Positions 10,134 to 19,539 of a DNA stretch of 64,000 bases are shown piece by piece (within the stretch, counting starts at the first letter, position 1; each line of letters starts with the position of its first letter). The notes under the pieces were generated by a model. That model did no database searches. It was not told the origin of the DNA and was given only the letters and a program-made list of their open reading frames with translations. Position numbers and translations under genes: made by a program. Where the stretch lies: the IMG/VR virus record IMGVR_UViG_3300042556_001828, positions 9,373-73,372 of that record, one strand, 5' to 3'. Origin of the DNA: a virus.

Positions 10134-11534
10134 TTACGACAGGAGATCTTGTTCTGTTTGACGATTACGTAGTAGCGACGAATCGCGGTCAGCGCGCAGC
10201 TTGTCCATTTCGAGCAGCTGCTTTACGTCAAAGTCGCCCATTTCGCCGGCCTGCAGGCGCTTGCGCATCATGGCCTGCATAACAGCTGGAGAATCACCAA
10301 GACTGGGCGCCGTGTCAGAGATCTCGTTGTACGCCATCGCCACATCGTGCGGGTCGTAACCGGAGATCACGGGGTCGTTCAGCATCAAGTCATGAATAGT
10401 ACCTTGCGATCTGATATCGCGCAGCGCCAGCTCGTGCTCGGGGTCGGTAAGTTTGCCGTACTGATCTTTTACAACATCTTTGTTTGTTTGCGGCGCGTCA
10501 AACATAAGTCCAGACAAACCTGATGGTTTTTGCGGTGCGCCAGCCATCCGTTTAGCCACGTTAACAGCCGGCGCTTTGAAAAAATCTTTTAAAGTCATTG
10601 TCGGTTCCGGCGCTGGTGCATGCGGCGGTCTGGGTGCGGCTTCTTTCAGCGTCAGGGGCGCTTCGACCGGGCTGTACAGGATCGACCCTGTAAGAAACTC
10701 TGGTACTTCTTTCTTAGTCGGCGCCGAAGCTGTTTTGATATTATTAGCCGCTTTTTGAGCCGTGTTGTAGTCTTCTACAGCGTTTAACACGTTCTCGACA
10801 AGCTGGCACGGGACTGGGTTGCCAATATACATTTCTCGCGTGGCCGCTTGCTTGGTCACATGCGGATACACGGCAGCTACTTTGTTCAACACCATTTCGC
10901 CGTCGTTGCCGAGCCGCATGCTCACTTCGCGCACAGCGTCGCCGAACGACATGTTGCCGGGAACGCGGAAATACTCGCAAAGCTTTTCCATCTCGGCGGC
11001 AGCTTTCTGGTACGCCGCGCTAGCGACTCGCCGTACTTCTTCAGCCGCCCGCTTTTCAGCGACCTTCTGGCTGTAAGCTCGCTCAACAGCAGCTTGTTCG
11101 TCACGCGGAGCTGGCACCCATGTTTTGGCCGGCAGGACTGCTTGCGCGGCAGCAGCCTTGTCCATCTCAGCCTTGCGCCGGCCAAGAAAACCCATCGGCG
11201 ATACGGCATACTCGGTCGACACAACGCTGGACTGCTCAATCGCGCTGGATGTCTTTACCTGCTTGGGGTACAGCGCTTCCATGACCGCATCGGCGTTCGC
11301 CAGCTGGAAATCCGCCGACTTGTCGAATGTGTTCTCGCCCTGTTCGCGCTGCTTGGTGGTGCGGCCAGTGTTGTAGGCGTGCACCATGAGATTGATGTGC
11401 CCGGCCGGGATATTGGCGTCAGACGCGCTCTTGATAATGGCGTCGTTCGGCGTCGAGCCCGCGTTGACAAGGCTTGCGGCGCGCTCGATAGCACTGATCA
11501 GTTTCTGCTCAGCTTCTTTATTTAGTGCCCGCAT
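10134..11534 (-). CDS. K-x-A-rich putative internal head protein
   Basis: 466 aa, helical; IKSA, DKSA, DKAA, EKRA, NKVA, TKQA, IKTA, LKEA. Confidence 0.7.
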   Translation of the reverse strand: MRALNKEAEQKLISAIERAASLVNAGSTPNDAIIKSASDANIPAGHINLMVHAYNTGRTTKQREQGENTFDKSADFQLANADAVMEALYPKQVKTSSAIEQSSVVSTEYAVSPMGFLGRRKAEMDKAAAAQAVLPAKTWVPAPRDEQAAVERAYSQKVAEKRAAEEVRRVASAAYQKAAAEMEKLCEYFRVPGNMSFGDAVREVSMRLGNDGEMVLNKVAAVYPHVTKQAATREMYIGNPVPCQLVENVLNAVEDYNTAQKAANNIKTASAPTKKEVPEFLTGSILYSPVEAPLTLKEAAPRPPHAPAPEPTMTLKDFFKAPAVNVAKRMAGAPQKPSGLSGLMFDAPQTNKDVVKDQYGKLTDPEHELALRDIRSQGTIHDLMLNDPVISGYDPHDVAMAYNEISDTAPSLGDSPAVMQAMMRKRLQAGEMGDFDVKQLLEMDKLRADRDSSLLRNRQTEQDLLS

Positions 11535-12465
11535 TGTTTGTCTCCGGGAAGTGCAGTCCTTGAATTTCGGTCTTGTTCGTTAGCGCGCCGCCAGTAGCAA
11601 GCGTCATTAACTCGTCGTTGCGTAACTCCGCTGCGCCATCATCAAAAGGTAACATTTTTATAGCTGCGGAATCCAGTTTTGTCGCTACTTTGAACGGTAG
11701 GGACGCCAGCATGGCGCCGATATTTTCGACAATTGTACCGTGCGCTTTACTGGCGCTTTCCGTCGTACGCTCGATTTCAACGTATTTTACAAACGAGTCA
11801 ATAAGCGCCAATTGCGTGTGGGTATTGATCTGGACCGTCAATGTAGCCAGCGCCGCCTTGTATTTCATTGTATTGATCGCGAAGTCTTGGAAGAAACCGG
11901 AGACTTCGTCTGGCGTGTCCGGGCGCTTGGTTGCGGTAAATTTGTTAATTACCGCATTTAGAACGTGCGAGCCGCCGTGATATCCAAGTAATTTCCAGAG
12001 TAGGTCGTAGTGCCGTTCTTGCAGCCCGCGGGTGACGGCGTCGGCCATTACCACGTTAACCATGTAGTCTGTGTGGTTAACTTTGTCGCGAATATCGAAA
12101 AAGACGTTAGCGTAGGCTGAAATAACAGCCGGGCTAACGCCGACTTTCTCCGCGATTTCATCGTCTGTCTCGCCGGCAATAATCCGGGCTTCGATACCCC
12201 AGCGGGTCGGCGCCTTATCCTCGGCCCACATCGAGTGCGCCCAGAATAAATCGCTGTCGCGCTCTAACAGGGCGTAAATTGCGTCAGGGCGGTTGTTTGC
12301 CTGCTCAAACCGCCGTTTCAGCCGCACGGCCCGGCGAATCCACTCAAAACCGTCCGGCCCGTCAACCGCGCGCGAAGCTCGTTTGCCGCCGCCGTCAATT
12401 TGTACAGCCCGCAGCCAGCGCCAGTTTGGCGCACGCCGGGGGCTATTTTTAAATGCGTTCAGCAT
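11518..12465 (-). CDS. Hypothetical protein (possible HTH segment)
   Basis: 315 aa; TDDEIAEKVGVSPAVISAY resembles an HTH. Confidence 0.7.
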   Translation of the reverse strand: MLNAFKNSPRRAPNWRWLRAVQIDGGGKRASRAVDGPDGFEWIRRAVRLKRRFEQANNRPDAIYALLERDSDLFWAHSMWAEDKAPTRWGIEARIIAGETDDEIAEKVGVSPAVISAYANVFFDIRDKVNHTDYMVNVVMADAVTRGLQERHYDLLWKLLGYHGGSHVLNAVINKFTATKRPDTPDEVSGFFQDFAINTMKYKAALATLTVQINTHTQLALIDSFVKYVEIERTTESASKAHGTIVENIGAMLASLPFKVATKLDSAAIKMLPFDDGAAELRNDELMTLATGGALTNKTEIQGLHFPETNNAGTK

Positions 12466-12489
12466 ACGTTACGCGATTTTGTAATGCCA

Positions 12490-13545
12490 TCACGGCACGT
12501 TCTGGTCAACAAACCCGAAACAGACTGTGCAGTAATATTCACTGACTGTGTAGTTAAACGTCACACTACTCATTGTGCCGTCGATTCGAATAATGTTAAA
12601 CCCTTCTGCGCCAGTAAATTGTGTGTACTGCGTAGCGCCTACGGGATTTTGATATGTTGTTTCGCTGCCTGACTCCCATACCGGCGTAAACGGTTTTGGC
12701 GCGCCATTCGCATCGCGTACCTGCACTGGAACTGCCGTACCGCCATTACCGACGCTCGCAAACGCGACTAAGGCATCTGTGACGGGCGAACTAAACGTCG
12801 CAGTAAATACCCCGGTCTGCGTGTTTCCAATTTGCTTGCCGCTGCTTGGTACGCCGTATTCTGCCGGAAAAGTGCTGGGGTTGTACATGCCGCTGTGTTC
12901 AAACATCCCGCCACCACTTTGGGTAATTGCGACTGTGATGTTGTTCTGCCCAATTCCAGACGCCGTGGTGGAAGCTACGCTATTCATTCTCATCCACTTA
13001 AAACCGGAATCGCCAGTACACGAAAAGTCATCGCAAGTTGCTAACGGGTTGTAATTGTCGGCGGCTGGATTCATGCAACCATAGACGCATGGAATACACG
13101 AGCCGTCGTCGCACGTTGCGTTAGGGTTGTAGTTAGTGGCCGTGTTATCCGTGCATCCATTAACGCACGGAGGGCAAACCTGTTCAGCCGTAAACGGGGC
13201 CGGCCAATTGACTAACCACGGGCGGGCCGCATAACTGTATGCCCGCGCAAGTTCTCCGTACGTCGCATTTGTGTAAAGCCATACGCCCGTCTCGTAGCGA
13301 ACAACTTCATCCCCGTATTGATAAGTCTCACGCCCATAAGGCGCGTAATTAATAGGAGAAAGCGTACGCTCGCCGGCAACCCAGCCAGTCATTTTGACCG
13401 GAGCCGTTGCTTCAGAACAACACGAGTCGCCGCGGCAAAACACCAAAGTATCGCCTACAAACACGCGTTCAACGTCGTCATCGCCTATTTTGATAGCCGT
13501 GATATTGCCGCTGCCTATGTATGTGTCGCTGTCTACTCTTGGCAT
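12490..13545 (-). CDS. Putative fibre/adhesin-like virion protein with GCxDxxAxNYNPxAxCDDxSC repeats
   Basis: 351 aa; N-terminal YIG...IKIG...VFVGDTLV fibre-attachment-like motif; two Cys repeats; beta-rich C-terminal domain. Confidence 0.65.
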   Translation of the reverse strand: MPRVDSDTYIGSGNITAIKIGDDDVERVFVGDTLVFCRGDSCCSEATAPVKMTGWVAGERTLSPINYAPYGRETYQYGDEVVRYETGVWLYTNATYGELARAYSYAARPWLVNWPAPFTAEQVCPPCVNGCTDNTATNYNPNATCDDGSCIPCVYGCMNPAADNYNPLATCDDFSCTGDSGFKWMRMNSVASTTASGIGQNNITVAITQSGGGMFEHSGMYNPSTFPAEYGVPSSGKQIGNTQTGVFTATFSSPVTDALVAFASVGNGGTAVPVQVRDANGAPKPFTPVWESGSETTYQNPVGATQYTQFTGAEGFNIIRIDGTMSSVTFNYTVSEYYCTVCFGFVDQNVP

Positions 13546-13550
13546 AGCAA

Positions 13551-13868
13551 TTACCCGGAAACAATGTAGTACACAGTTGCCGGATCTTTAGTCGTCAGCG
13601 CGTTATACCCGGTTTGAGTAATTTTAACGATGTTTGTAATCACCGTTGCGCTCTGAATCCCGGTGGCGTCACTCTCTACATAGTTGTTATCCGCGCCACC
13701 AATCTGCACAGCCGTTGTGTCTTCAAGGCCGGCATACAGTTTGTTTGCTGCCTCATCGTACAACATCTCGCCGGGTTGGACGTTGGTCGGCGTTGGGTTT
13801 GCGTTGCTTACAACTTCACGGCGGCGGTGTGGAAAATGCAGCGCGCGAAATACACGTGTATCAGGCAT
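13551..13868 (-). CDS. Small fibre-adaptor-like protein
   Basis: QPGEMLYDEAANKLYAG and C-terminal KITQTGYNALTTKDPATVYYI, motifs of small phage fibre/collar proteins. Confidence 0.6.
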   Translation of the reverse strand: MPDTRVFRALHFPHRRREVVSNANPTPTNVQPGEMLYDEAANKLYAGLEDTTAVQIGGADNNYVESDATGIQSATVITNIVKITQTGYNALTTKDPATVYYIVSG

Positions 13869-13887
13869 GATATTGCTCCGTAAATAT

Positions 13888-14307
13888 TTAGCGCAGCATC
13901 GGTGTTTCAACAGTGACGGTCAGCACGAAATTCTTCGAGCCGCTGCCGTTCGGTTTGATTCGCAGATACAAAAACCGTTGCGGGTTTGACGGCGAACCGT
14001 CGCGATTAAGGTACGCCACGTTTACGTTGCTATTTTCGGCAATCGCTACGACGTCTTGATCTGATACAACGTCAGCAAAATCAGCCAAACTAAGAACGTG
14101 AAAAGCCTCAGCCGGCAACGCGCTATTCGGCGTGGTGTCCTGCTTGCTGGAATAAAGGTCAGCCTCAAACTTGTTGTCAGCGCCGGTTAGCTGAACGAGC
14201 GCGTATCCGCGCAGAATTGCGCGGTGCGGCATCTTTACCGGCACAACTGTTTCAGAGCCGCTGGGCGCTGTAAATGTAGTAGTGCCCGACCAAATCGTGC
14301 TAGCCAT
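13888..14307 (-). CDS. Hypothetical beta-rich virion protein
   Basis: 139-aa ORF with an AGGTG RBS. Confidence 0.7.
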   Translation of the reverse strand: MASTIWSGTTTFTAPSGSETVVPVKMPHRAILRGYALVQLTGADNKFEADLYSSKQDTTPNSALPAEAFHVLSLADFADVVSDQDVVAIAENSNVNVAYLNRDGSPSNPQRFLYLRIKPNGSGSKNFVLTVTVETPMLR

Positions 14308-14317
14308 TTTTCACCTA

Positions 14318-16705
14318 TTAGGAGTTTGCAGTAGCGCCGAGATCTACGTCCGCGCCGGCCTCTTCGGGATACGGCTCAATCGTCTTTTGCTTGAGGAACA
14401 GGATTACGTCGCCAAGCATTTCAAACGCGTTGCGCAGCGAGTCTTCGAGTTCTGGCATATCCGACTTGCCATACCGCTCAGCGAACCGGTCGCCGTGCCA
14501 GTAGAACATGAACAGAATCCGGCCTAGCTTATCGAGGCCCTTGGTCAGCTCGCCCATGTAACGATCCACCATGCTGTCGTCACGCACGGCCTTAAGCATC
14601 GACCCGATCATGGCGGTGTCGAATACTTCTCGCTGACCAGTCTGCGCGGCATCAGTCACCGCGCGGATATCTTTTTTGTCAAGCAGGGTGTTCGGGTTGT
14701 AAATACTGCGGTCGGTATTGCTCGCGCTCATGCCAGATACCGGCACACCAATATCAATGCCTAACTGCGTCGGCACGCTGGCGCCCATAATTGTCTCGCC
14801 GCCCATAACAGGGCCCGGATCACTCGGCGCGCCGGGCGCGCTGTTGACCATCATCGGGCCACCATACGGGTCGGCGTACTTAATGCGGCCTTCGTACTTG
14901 CGCTTGGCGGCGGCTGTCTTGAGAATTTCACGGGCGGCGTCTTCGCGCAGACCGTGATGCTCCACAAGCGTTACCAGCGCCTGCACAGGGCTGGCGGCAG
15001 CTTCTTTGTTAATCGTTACAGCCGTGCCGTTGTGATACACAGTCAGGCTGGCGGTTTTGCTCATCAGCGCCAACTGGGCGTCAGCGAGATTGCCCGGCAT
15101 CAGCGGCGGATCCTCACTGCCGCCGCAGCCACAGCTTTCTTGGCCCTCTGGCTTGTCTGTGTCGTCTTCACCCTTGCTGGTCGGCAGGAGCTTGAAGCCT
15201 TCCGGCACGAAGATATCGCCCATGCTAGAGCGCAGCTTAGAACCCTTCTTGGCGTTCAAGTGGAGCCGTACGCCGTCACGATACTTGTCGTAGTTCAGCG
15301 GGTCGGTATAGGCGCAGCCCATGATGCTGCCGCGGGGCGGGTGCTTGGAATAATCTTCCAAATGCACTTCGTACGACGTGGTGTCATACTCGCTGGTGCC
15401 GTACTCGCGCAGGACGCGGGCTGGCACAGTGGCGTCGCCGTTCTTGCCGATCAGCATGACACGGCTACCGGCAGGAAGGCTATTTGCGTCCGTCAGGCCG
15501 TTGAACCACGTGTCGAAGTCTTCGCCTTCGATGCGAACCAGTGCAAACACTTGGTCGGCCCGCGTGTTCACCCAGTCCGGCGTGCCTTCCGTGCGCACGA
15601 CTGTTACGAAATCAGCCCGCTTGGCGGCACCTTGCGGATGCACAGCCACGTAGCAACGCTCAATGTCACCACCCTTGACAAGAATGTCATACAGTCCCGA
15701 CTCAGACGGCGTAAACAGCTTCTTTTCGACTTGGATGTTATACGGCACCGAAACGCTGTCGTCGCCGCGCTCGTCCTTGATCAGCACGCCGTCGCGGAGC
15801 AGCTTCTCTTGGTCTTCTTCGCTGTAGCCGGCCGGGAGCTTGGTTTGCACCGTAACATCAAACGAAATAACTTTAAGACCCGCCTGCGCTTCTGGTTTCT
15901 TGGGCGCGTCAGACAGCACGCTGGCGATCTTGGGCTGGTTGGCCCGCGCCTTCGCCAAGTCGATGGCTTCCTTAATGATATTTAAACCGTGAAACTCGTC
16001 GATGGCCTGCGCGACAGCGGGGGCTGCCTGACATGTCTTCACAAGCATGTTCAGCGTCTCAAGCCGAGCTTCCTTGAGGAACTTCTTCAAGTCCATCAGC
16101 TGGCCAATCTCGACAAACGCGGCAGCGGTGTTCTGCGTAGCAGTCTTGGCAAACGTCGCCATGACCGCCGTAATCATCTCTTTCAGCGTAGGCTGCGCCG
16201 AGCCAAACTTCGACGGCGACCGCGAAAGCTGCGTAAAGTCAGGGTTGCGCTGGCCAAAACCCGCAAGGTTTCGGTCGATGCCGCTGCCTAGAATGTTGGG
16301 TTTGCGGTTAAGCAGGTAGTTAATCCAGTTTTCCTTGAGCGGCACGAACATGTCCTGATTCTTGATGTACAGGAGTTCGTGCCCCTTCAAGTCGCCGTTC
16401 AGAAAGAACACGGGCGCGTACAGCCACATCGAACCGAGCTTGAACGCGAACACACCGATAGCTTTGGTGTTTTCGCGGTTACGGTCGAGCAGCTGGAAAC
16501 CGATTTCGTGATCCAACAGCTTGGGGGCTGAATCGCGGAGGTAGGCGTGGGCTAAGTTACTAAAAGACTGCTCGAAGGACGTGTCGTCGCCCTTGCCGCC
16601 AAGATCAGCTTGCTTGGTCTGGCTGCGGTCGTGCGACCTGACAACATTCAGCCAGTGCTTCCACGACGCTTCTTTAGTCTTTTTGTTATACACGGCCACC
16701 TCCAT
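14318..16705 (-). CDS. Large K-x-A-rich putative internal virion protein
   Basis: 795 aa; TKEA, TKQA, AKTA, PKIA, SKTA, NKEA, LKTA, IKYA; the true start may be GTG at 16693. Confidence 0.75.
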   Translation of the reverse strand: MEVAVYNKKTKEASWKHWLNVVRSHDRSQTKQADLGGKGDDTSFEQSFSNLAHAYLRDSAPKLLDHEIGFQLLDRNRENTKAIGVFAFKLGSMWLYAPVFFLNGDLKGHELLYIKNQDMFVPLKENWINYLLNRKPNILGSGIDRNLAGFGQRNPDFTQLSRSPSKFGSAQPTLKEMITAVMATFAKTATQNTAAAFVEIGQLMDLKKFLKEARLETLNMLVKTCQAAPAVAQAIDEFHGLNIIKEAIDLAKARANQPKIASVLSDAPKKPEAQAGLKVISFDVTVQTKLPAGYSEEDQEKLLRDGVLIKDERGDDSVSVPYNIQVEKKLFTPSESGLYDILVKGGDIERCYVAVHPQGAAKRADFVTVVRTEGTPDWVNTRADQVFALVRIEGEDFDTWFNGLTDANSLPAGSRVMLIGKNGDATVPARVLREYGTSEYDTTSYEVHLEDYSKHPPRGSIMGCAYTDPLNYDKYRDGVRLHLNAKKGSKLRSSMGDIFVPEGFKLLPTSKGEDDTDKPEGQESCGCGGSEDPPLMPGNLADAQLALMSKTASLTVYHNGTAVTINKEAAASPVQALVTLVEHHGLREDAAREILKTAAAKRKYEGRIKYADPYGGPMMVNSAPGAPSDPGPVMGGETIMGASVPTQLGIDIGVPVSGMSASNTDRSIYNPNTLLDKKDIRAVTDAAQTGQREVFDTAMIGSMLKAVRDDSMVDRYMGELTKGLDKLGRILFMFYWHGDRFAERYGKSDMPELEDSLRNAFEMLGDVILFLKQKTIEPYPEEAGADVDLGATANS

Positions 16706-16776
16706 GCGGCACTATTGACACTGGGCACTGAATAATAATTTACAGTGCTTCGCCCCTATATCCTACATAAATACGC

Positions 16777-18651
16777 TCAGGGCTTCCACCCACTTGTCGT
16801 TCCGGTCACGCCAAAGTTTTCGCCTTGTGCCAGCGCCGGAACATAACTGCTACCGGCGGTATTGCTCGTTAAACCGCGGTGTACGCTGTTCAGCAGGCCT
16901 TTTTCTTGGTACGACCCGAGCATGCGGGTCATCCAGTCAGGATCGTTGGAGATGTTCGACATGCCGCGTACCATTTCGGGCTGAAACGGCGGCGGCTCTC
17001 TGTGCGCTTGAATATTTGTAATGCCGTGCTGGCCCAAGGTTTTAACAACGTTTTTTGTGATTGGCGTGCCGACGGAATAATGCAGCGCGGGCTGTTCCAG
17101 ATAGTGCCCAGAAAGCGTACTCGGCGCGCCGGCTACGCTCCCGTCGCGCGGCGTCCAGTTTCGCTCCAACATCGAATACGGCACGATATCGTCAGGGGAG
17201 TAGTCGCCGTGCTCGTCCGTCATGCGCACGTGGTTAATCAAGCCGCGCGAAAGCAACTCAATGTTTCTGCGGTGGGCTGTAATACCGCTATTTTGCATCA
17301 CCTGCCGCATCGCTTGGACAAAATAGCGGCGGCCTTCACCCACGCCTTTATGGCGGACAATTTCAGCTGGGTTCGGCATACCCTCCGAAATTGTGTCACC
17401 AGCTTCGATCTCGTCACCCTTTTTAACCGTAACGCCGCGGTCCGTTGGGACATAATGGTCTTGACCGTTAATTTGCACATAAAAGCCGCCCTGTGGCGCA
17501 GGACGCACTTCTTGGACATGCCCATCTGCCTGAGCGTGTGTTGCCCCGCCGGGAAACTTCTTCGGCACCTGTACAAGCGCGTTGAGCGCTTTAAAACCAG
17601 AAATCCCGCCTGCGCCACCGACGCCGCCAGAGTGCTTGGAGCTAATCTGACTTTGTGTGACAGGCTCTGAAAGCGCCTGCGCGGCTGCAATACCCACATA
17701 GTCTCCGACAGGCGGCAGATGGCCTTTTTCGCGATAGCCGACGTCATTTGCATAGACACCGCCGTCTTCTGGGCCGCCGACAATTGGGCTGCGCACTAAG
17801 ATATCTTTAACGCCCATCTCTTTGATGTCGCGCATGATTTTGGGCGTCAGCACAGTATTGCGCTTGTACGGCCCTACGGGTCGCGACAGCATTGCGCCCT
17901 CGTTGTCGGGGTCGTCTATGTCCGTGGGAAAACCGCGCTCGTGGGCGTTGGCTAGGCGCTCTTGGTCTTGCTCGTCTTGGTCCGTGACAAGCAGTCTGTG
18001 CGCCATCTGCGTAAGCTGCTTGCCGTAGAACCCGGCGTCAGCTGTGGCGGTCTTCAGGTCAATTACACCCTTGCGGGTGCCGAACGCGCCGGCAAAGTAC
18101 TCCACGGGCGTTAAGCCTTGGGCGTATCCGCGCATAACAGGAATTGGAATAGGCTCGCCGCGGTGGTCGAGATACTGCATGTCGGCGCCAAGGATCGAGT
18201 TCAGCTGGAACTTGTTGCCCACGCCGGATCCAGCAATCTGGTGCGCTAACGGATTATCGTGCCCGTGGGCCTCGTTATACACATCATCCACAAGCTGCCG
18301 CTGCGCTTCCGACGCCAGCTTGAGTATTTTCGCATTGCGCTGCTCGTCGTTGAGGCCCCTATCCGCCAGAATCTGCCGCAACTGCTGTTTTACTTTCAGC
18401 TGCGTGTGCTGCGCCGCCAAACTCGGCCGCACGTCTTTCAGGCCGAACGATAAGCCGTTTGTTGTGTACGCGGAATCAAGCGCCACGTCATGAAGCTTTT
18501 TCATGACTTCGCGGTATTTTTCCGGGTATTTCTTGGCTAATTCTGTCGCCAGCGCGCCCGTGTTTTTCTTGTTCAAAACGCGCGTATAGTCCCGCATGTC
18601 TTCCGGCAGCGCGTCATTAACCAGCAACTGACCTAGCGTTGTTTTCAACAT
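16777..18651 (-). CDS. rpoC: Phage RNA polymerase beta' subunit, C-terminal part
   Basis: Bridge helix GTRKGVIDLKTATADAGFYGKQL; trigger loop VGIAAAQALSEPVTQSQISSKHSGG; HRRNIELL; N-terminal KTTLGQLL. Confidence 0.9.
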   Translation of the reverse strand: MLKTTLGQLLVNDALPEDMRDYTRVLNKKNTGALATELAKKYPEKYREVMKKLHDVALDSAYTTNGLSFGLKDVRPSLAAQHTQLKVKQQLRQILADRGLNDEQRNAKILKLASEAQRQLVDDVYNEAHGHDNPLAHQIAGSGVGNKFQLNSILGADMQYLDHRGEPIPIPVMRGYAQGLTPVEYFAGAFGTRKGVIDLKTATADAGFYGKQLTQMAHRLLVTDQDEQDQERLANAHERGFPTDIDDPDNEGAMLSRPVGPYKRNTVLTPKIMRDIKEMGVKDILVRSPIVGGPEDGGVYANDVGYREKGHLPPVGDYVGIAAAQALSEPVTQSQISSKHSGGVGGAGGISGFKALNALVQVPKKFPGGATHAQADGHVQEVRPAPQGGFYVQINGQDHYVPTDRGVTVKKGDEIEAGDTISEGMPNPAEIVRHKGVGEGRRYFVQAMRQVMQNSGITAHRRNIELLSRGLINHVRMTDEHGDYSPDDIVPYSMLERNWTPRDGSVAGAPSTLSGHYLEQPALHYSVGTPITKNVVKTLGQHGITNIQAHREPPPFQPEMVRGMSNISNDPDWMTRMLGSYQEKGLLNSVHRGLTSNTAGSSYVPALAQGENFGVTGTTSGWKP

Positions 18652-18677
18652 AGAGCGTATCCGGCGCTAAGCAGTGT

Positions 18678-18884
18678 TCAGTCAATAAACGTAACCACAG
18701 GTACTGTTTCAATCCCCGCGAGTTTCAAAATACCCGGGAAATCTTTTTGGCTGGCGTCTGAATACACAATTCCCTCAGACATATGCAGCGCGACAAAGAT
18801 TGGGTTTCCATTGTCATCTTCGATCACAACGGTGTGTGCCAGTTGCTCTGCCGGCTGCAAGTTATGGTGGGTTTTAACCCGCAT
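18678..18884 (-). CDS. Small hypothetical protein between RNAP genes
   Basis: 68 aa, overlaps the stop of the upstream gene. Confidence 0.6.
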   Translation of the reverse strand: MRVKTHHNLQPAEQLAHTVVIEDDNGNPIFVALHMSEGIVYSDASQKDFPGILKLAGIETVPVVTFID

Positions 18885-19518
18885 ACTTATTCAAGCTCCG
18901 CTGCAGGATAGCAACAGCGCTGGCCTTTACATGCAGATCGTGCGCCGACGCGCCCTTCATCGCGGCAGGATCGGCAGGCGGTGCGCTAGGGTCCATTGGG
19001 CCGCCCGGAGGAAGCGGGCCGCCCGGCGCTTGAGGCGCATTGGGCGCGCCGGGGGCTTGCGGCGGCGGGGCCATTGGGCCACCCGGCAACGCAGACTCAG
19101 CCGGCGGTGCGCCCGGCGAACCCGGCGGCAGAACCAACGACTCGGGCGGCACTTGCACGCCCAGCGCGTTCATAATCGCCGTAAGCTGCTGCTGCATGTT
19201 ATACAGCCTGTAGTCGAGCATATTCATCATCTGCTCAGGCTTGAGCTTCTGCGGCGCCGCTTGGCCGGGCGCAGCAGGCGCTGCCGGCGCGGCCGGAGCG
19301 GCTGGGGCGGCGGGAGGAGCCATGCCCATGGCCGCGGGGTCCATCGGCGCACCGCCCTGCATTGCGGCCGGATCTACAGGAGGCGCCGCGCCCATCGCCG
19401 CGGGGTCCATTGGAGGCGCGCCGCCACCCATCGAGGGGTCGCCGCCGGGCGGAACAACGGCACTTTTTTCGAGGCGCATCTGCGCCAGAGCAAGCAGTTC
19501 AGGGTTAATCGTGTACAT
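18874..19518 (-). CDS. Pro/Ala/Gly-rich disordered protein (K-x-A motifs)
   Basis: 214 aa; GGAGG RBS; EKSA, MKGA, NKYA; PMDPAAM repeats. Confidence 0.75.
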   Translation of the reverse strand: MYTINPELLALAQMRLEKSAVVPPGGDPSMGGGAPPMDPAAMGAAPPVDPAAMQGGAPMDPAAMGMAPPAAPAAPAAPAAPAAPGQAAPQKLKPEQMMNMLDYRLYNMQQQLTAIMNALGVQVPPESLVLPPGSPGAPPAESALPGGPMAPPPQAPGAPNAPQAPGGPLPPGGPMDPSAPPADPAAMKGASAHDLHVKASAVAILQRSLNKYAG

Positions 19519-19539
19519 AAAACCTCCGTGTTATCCGAG

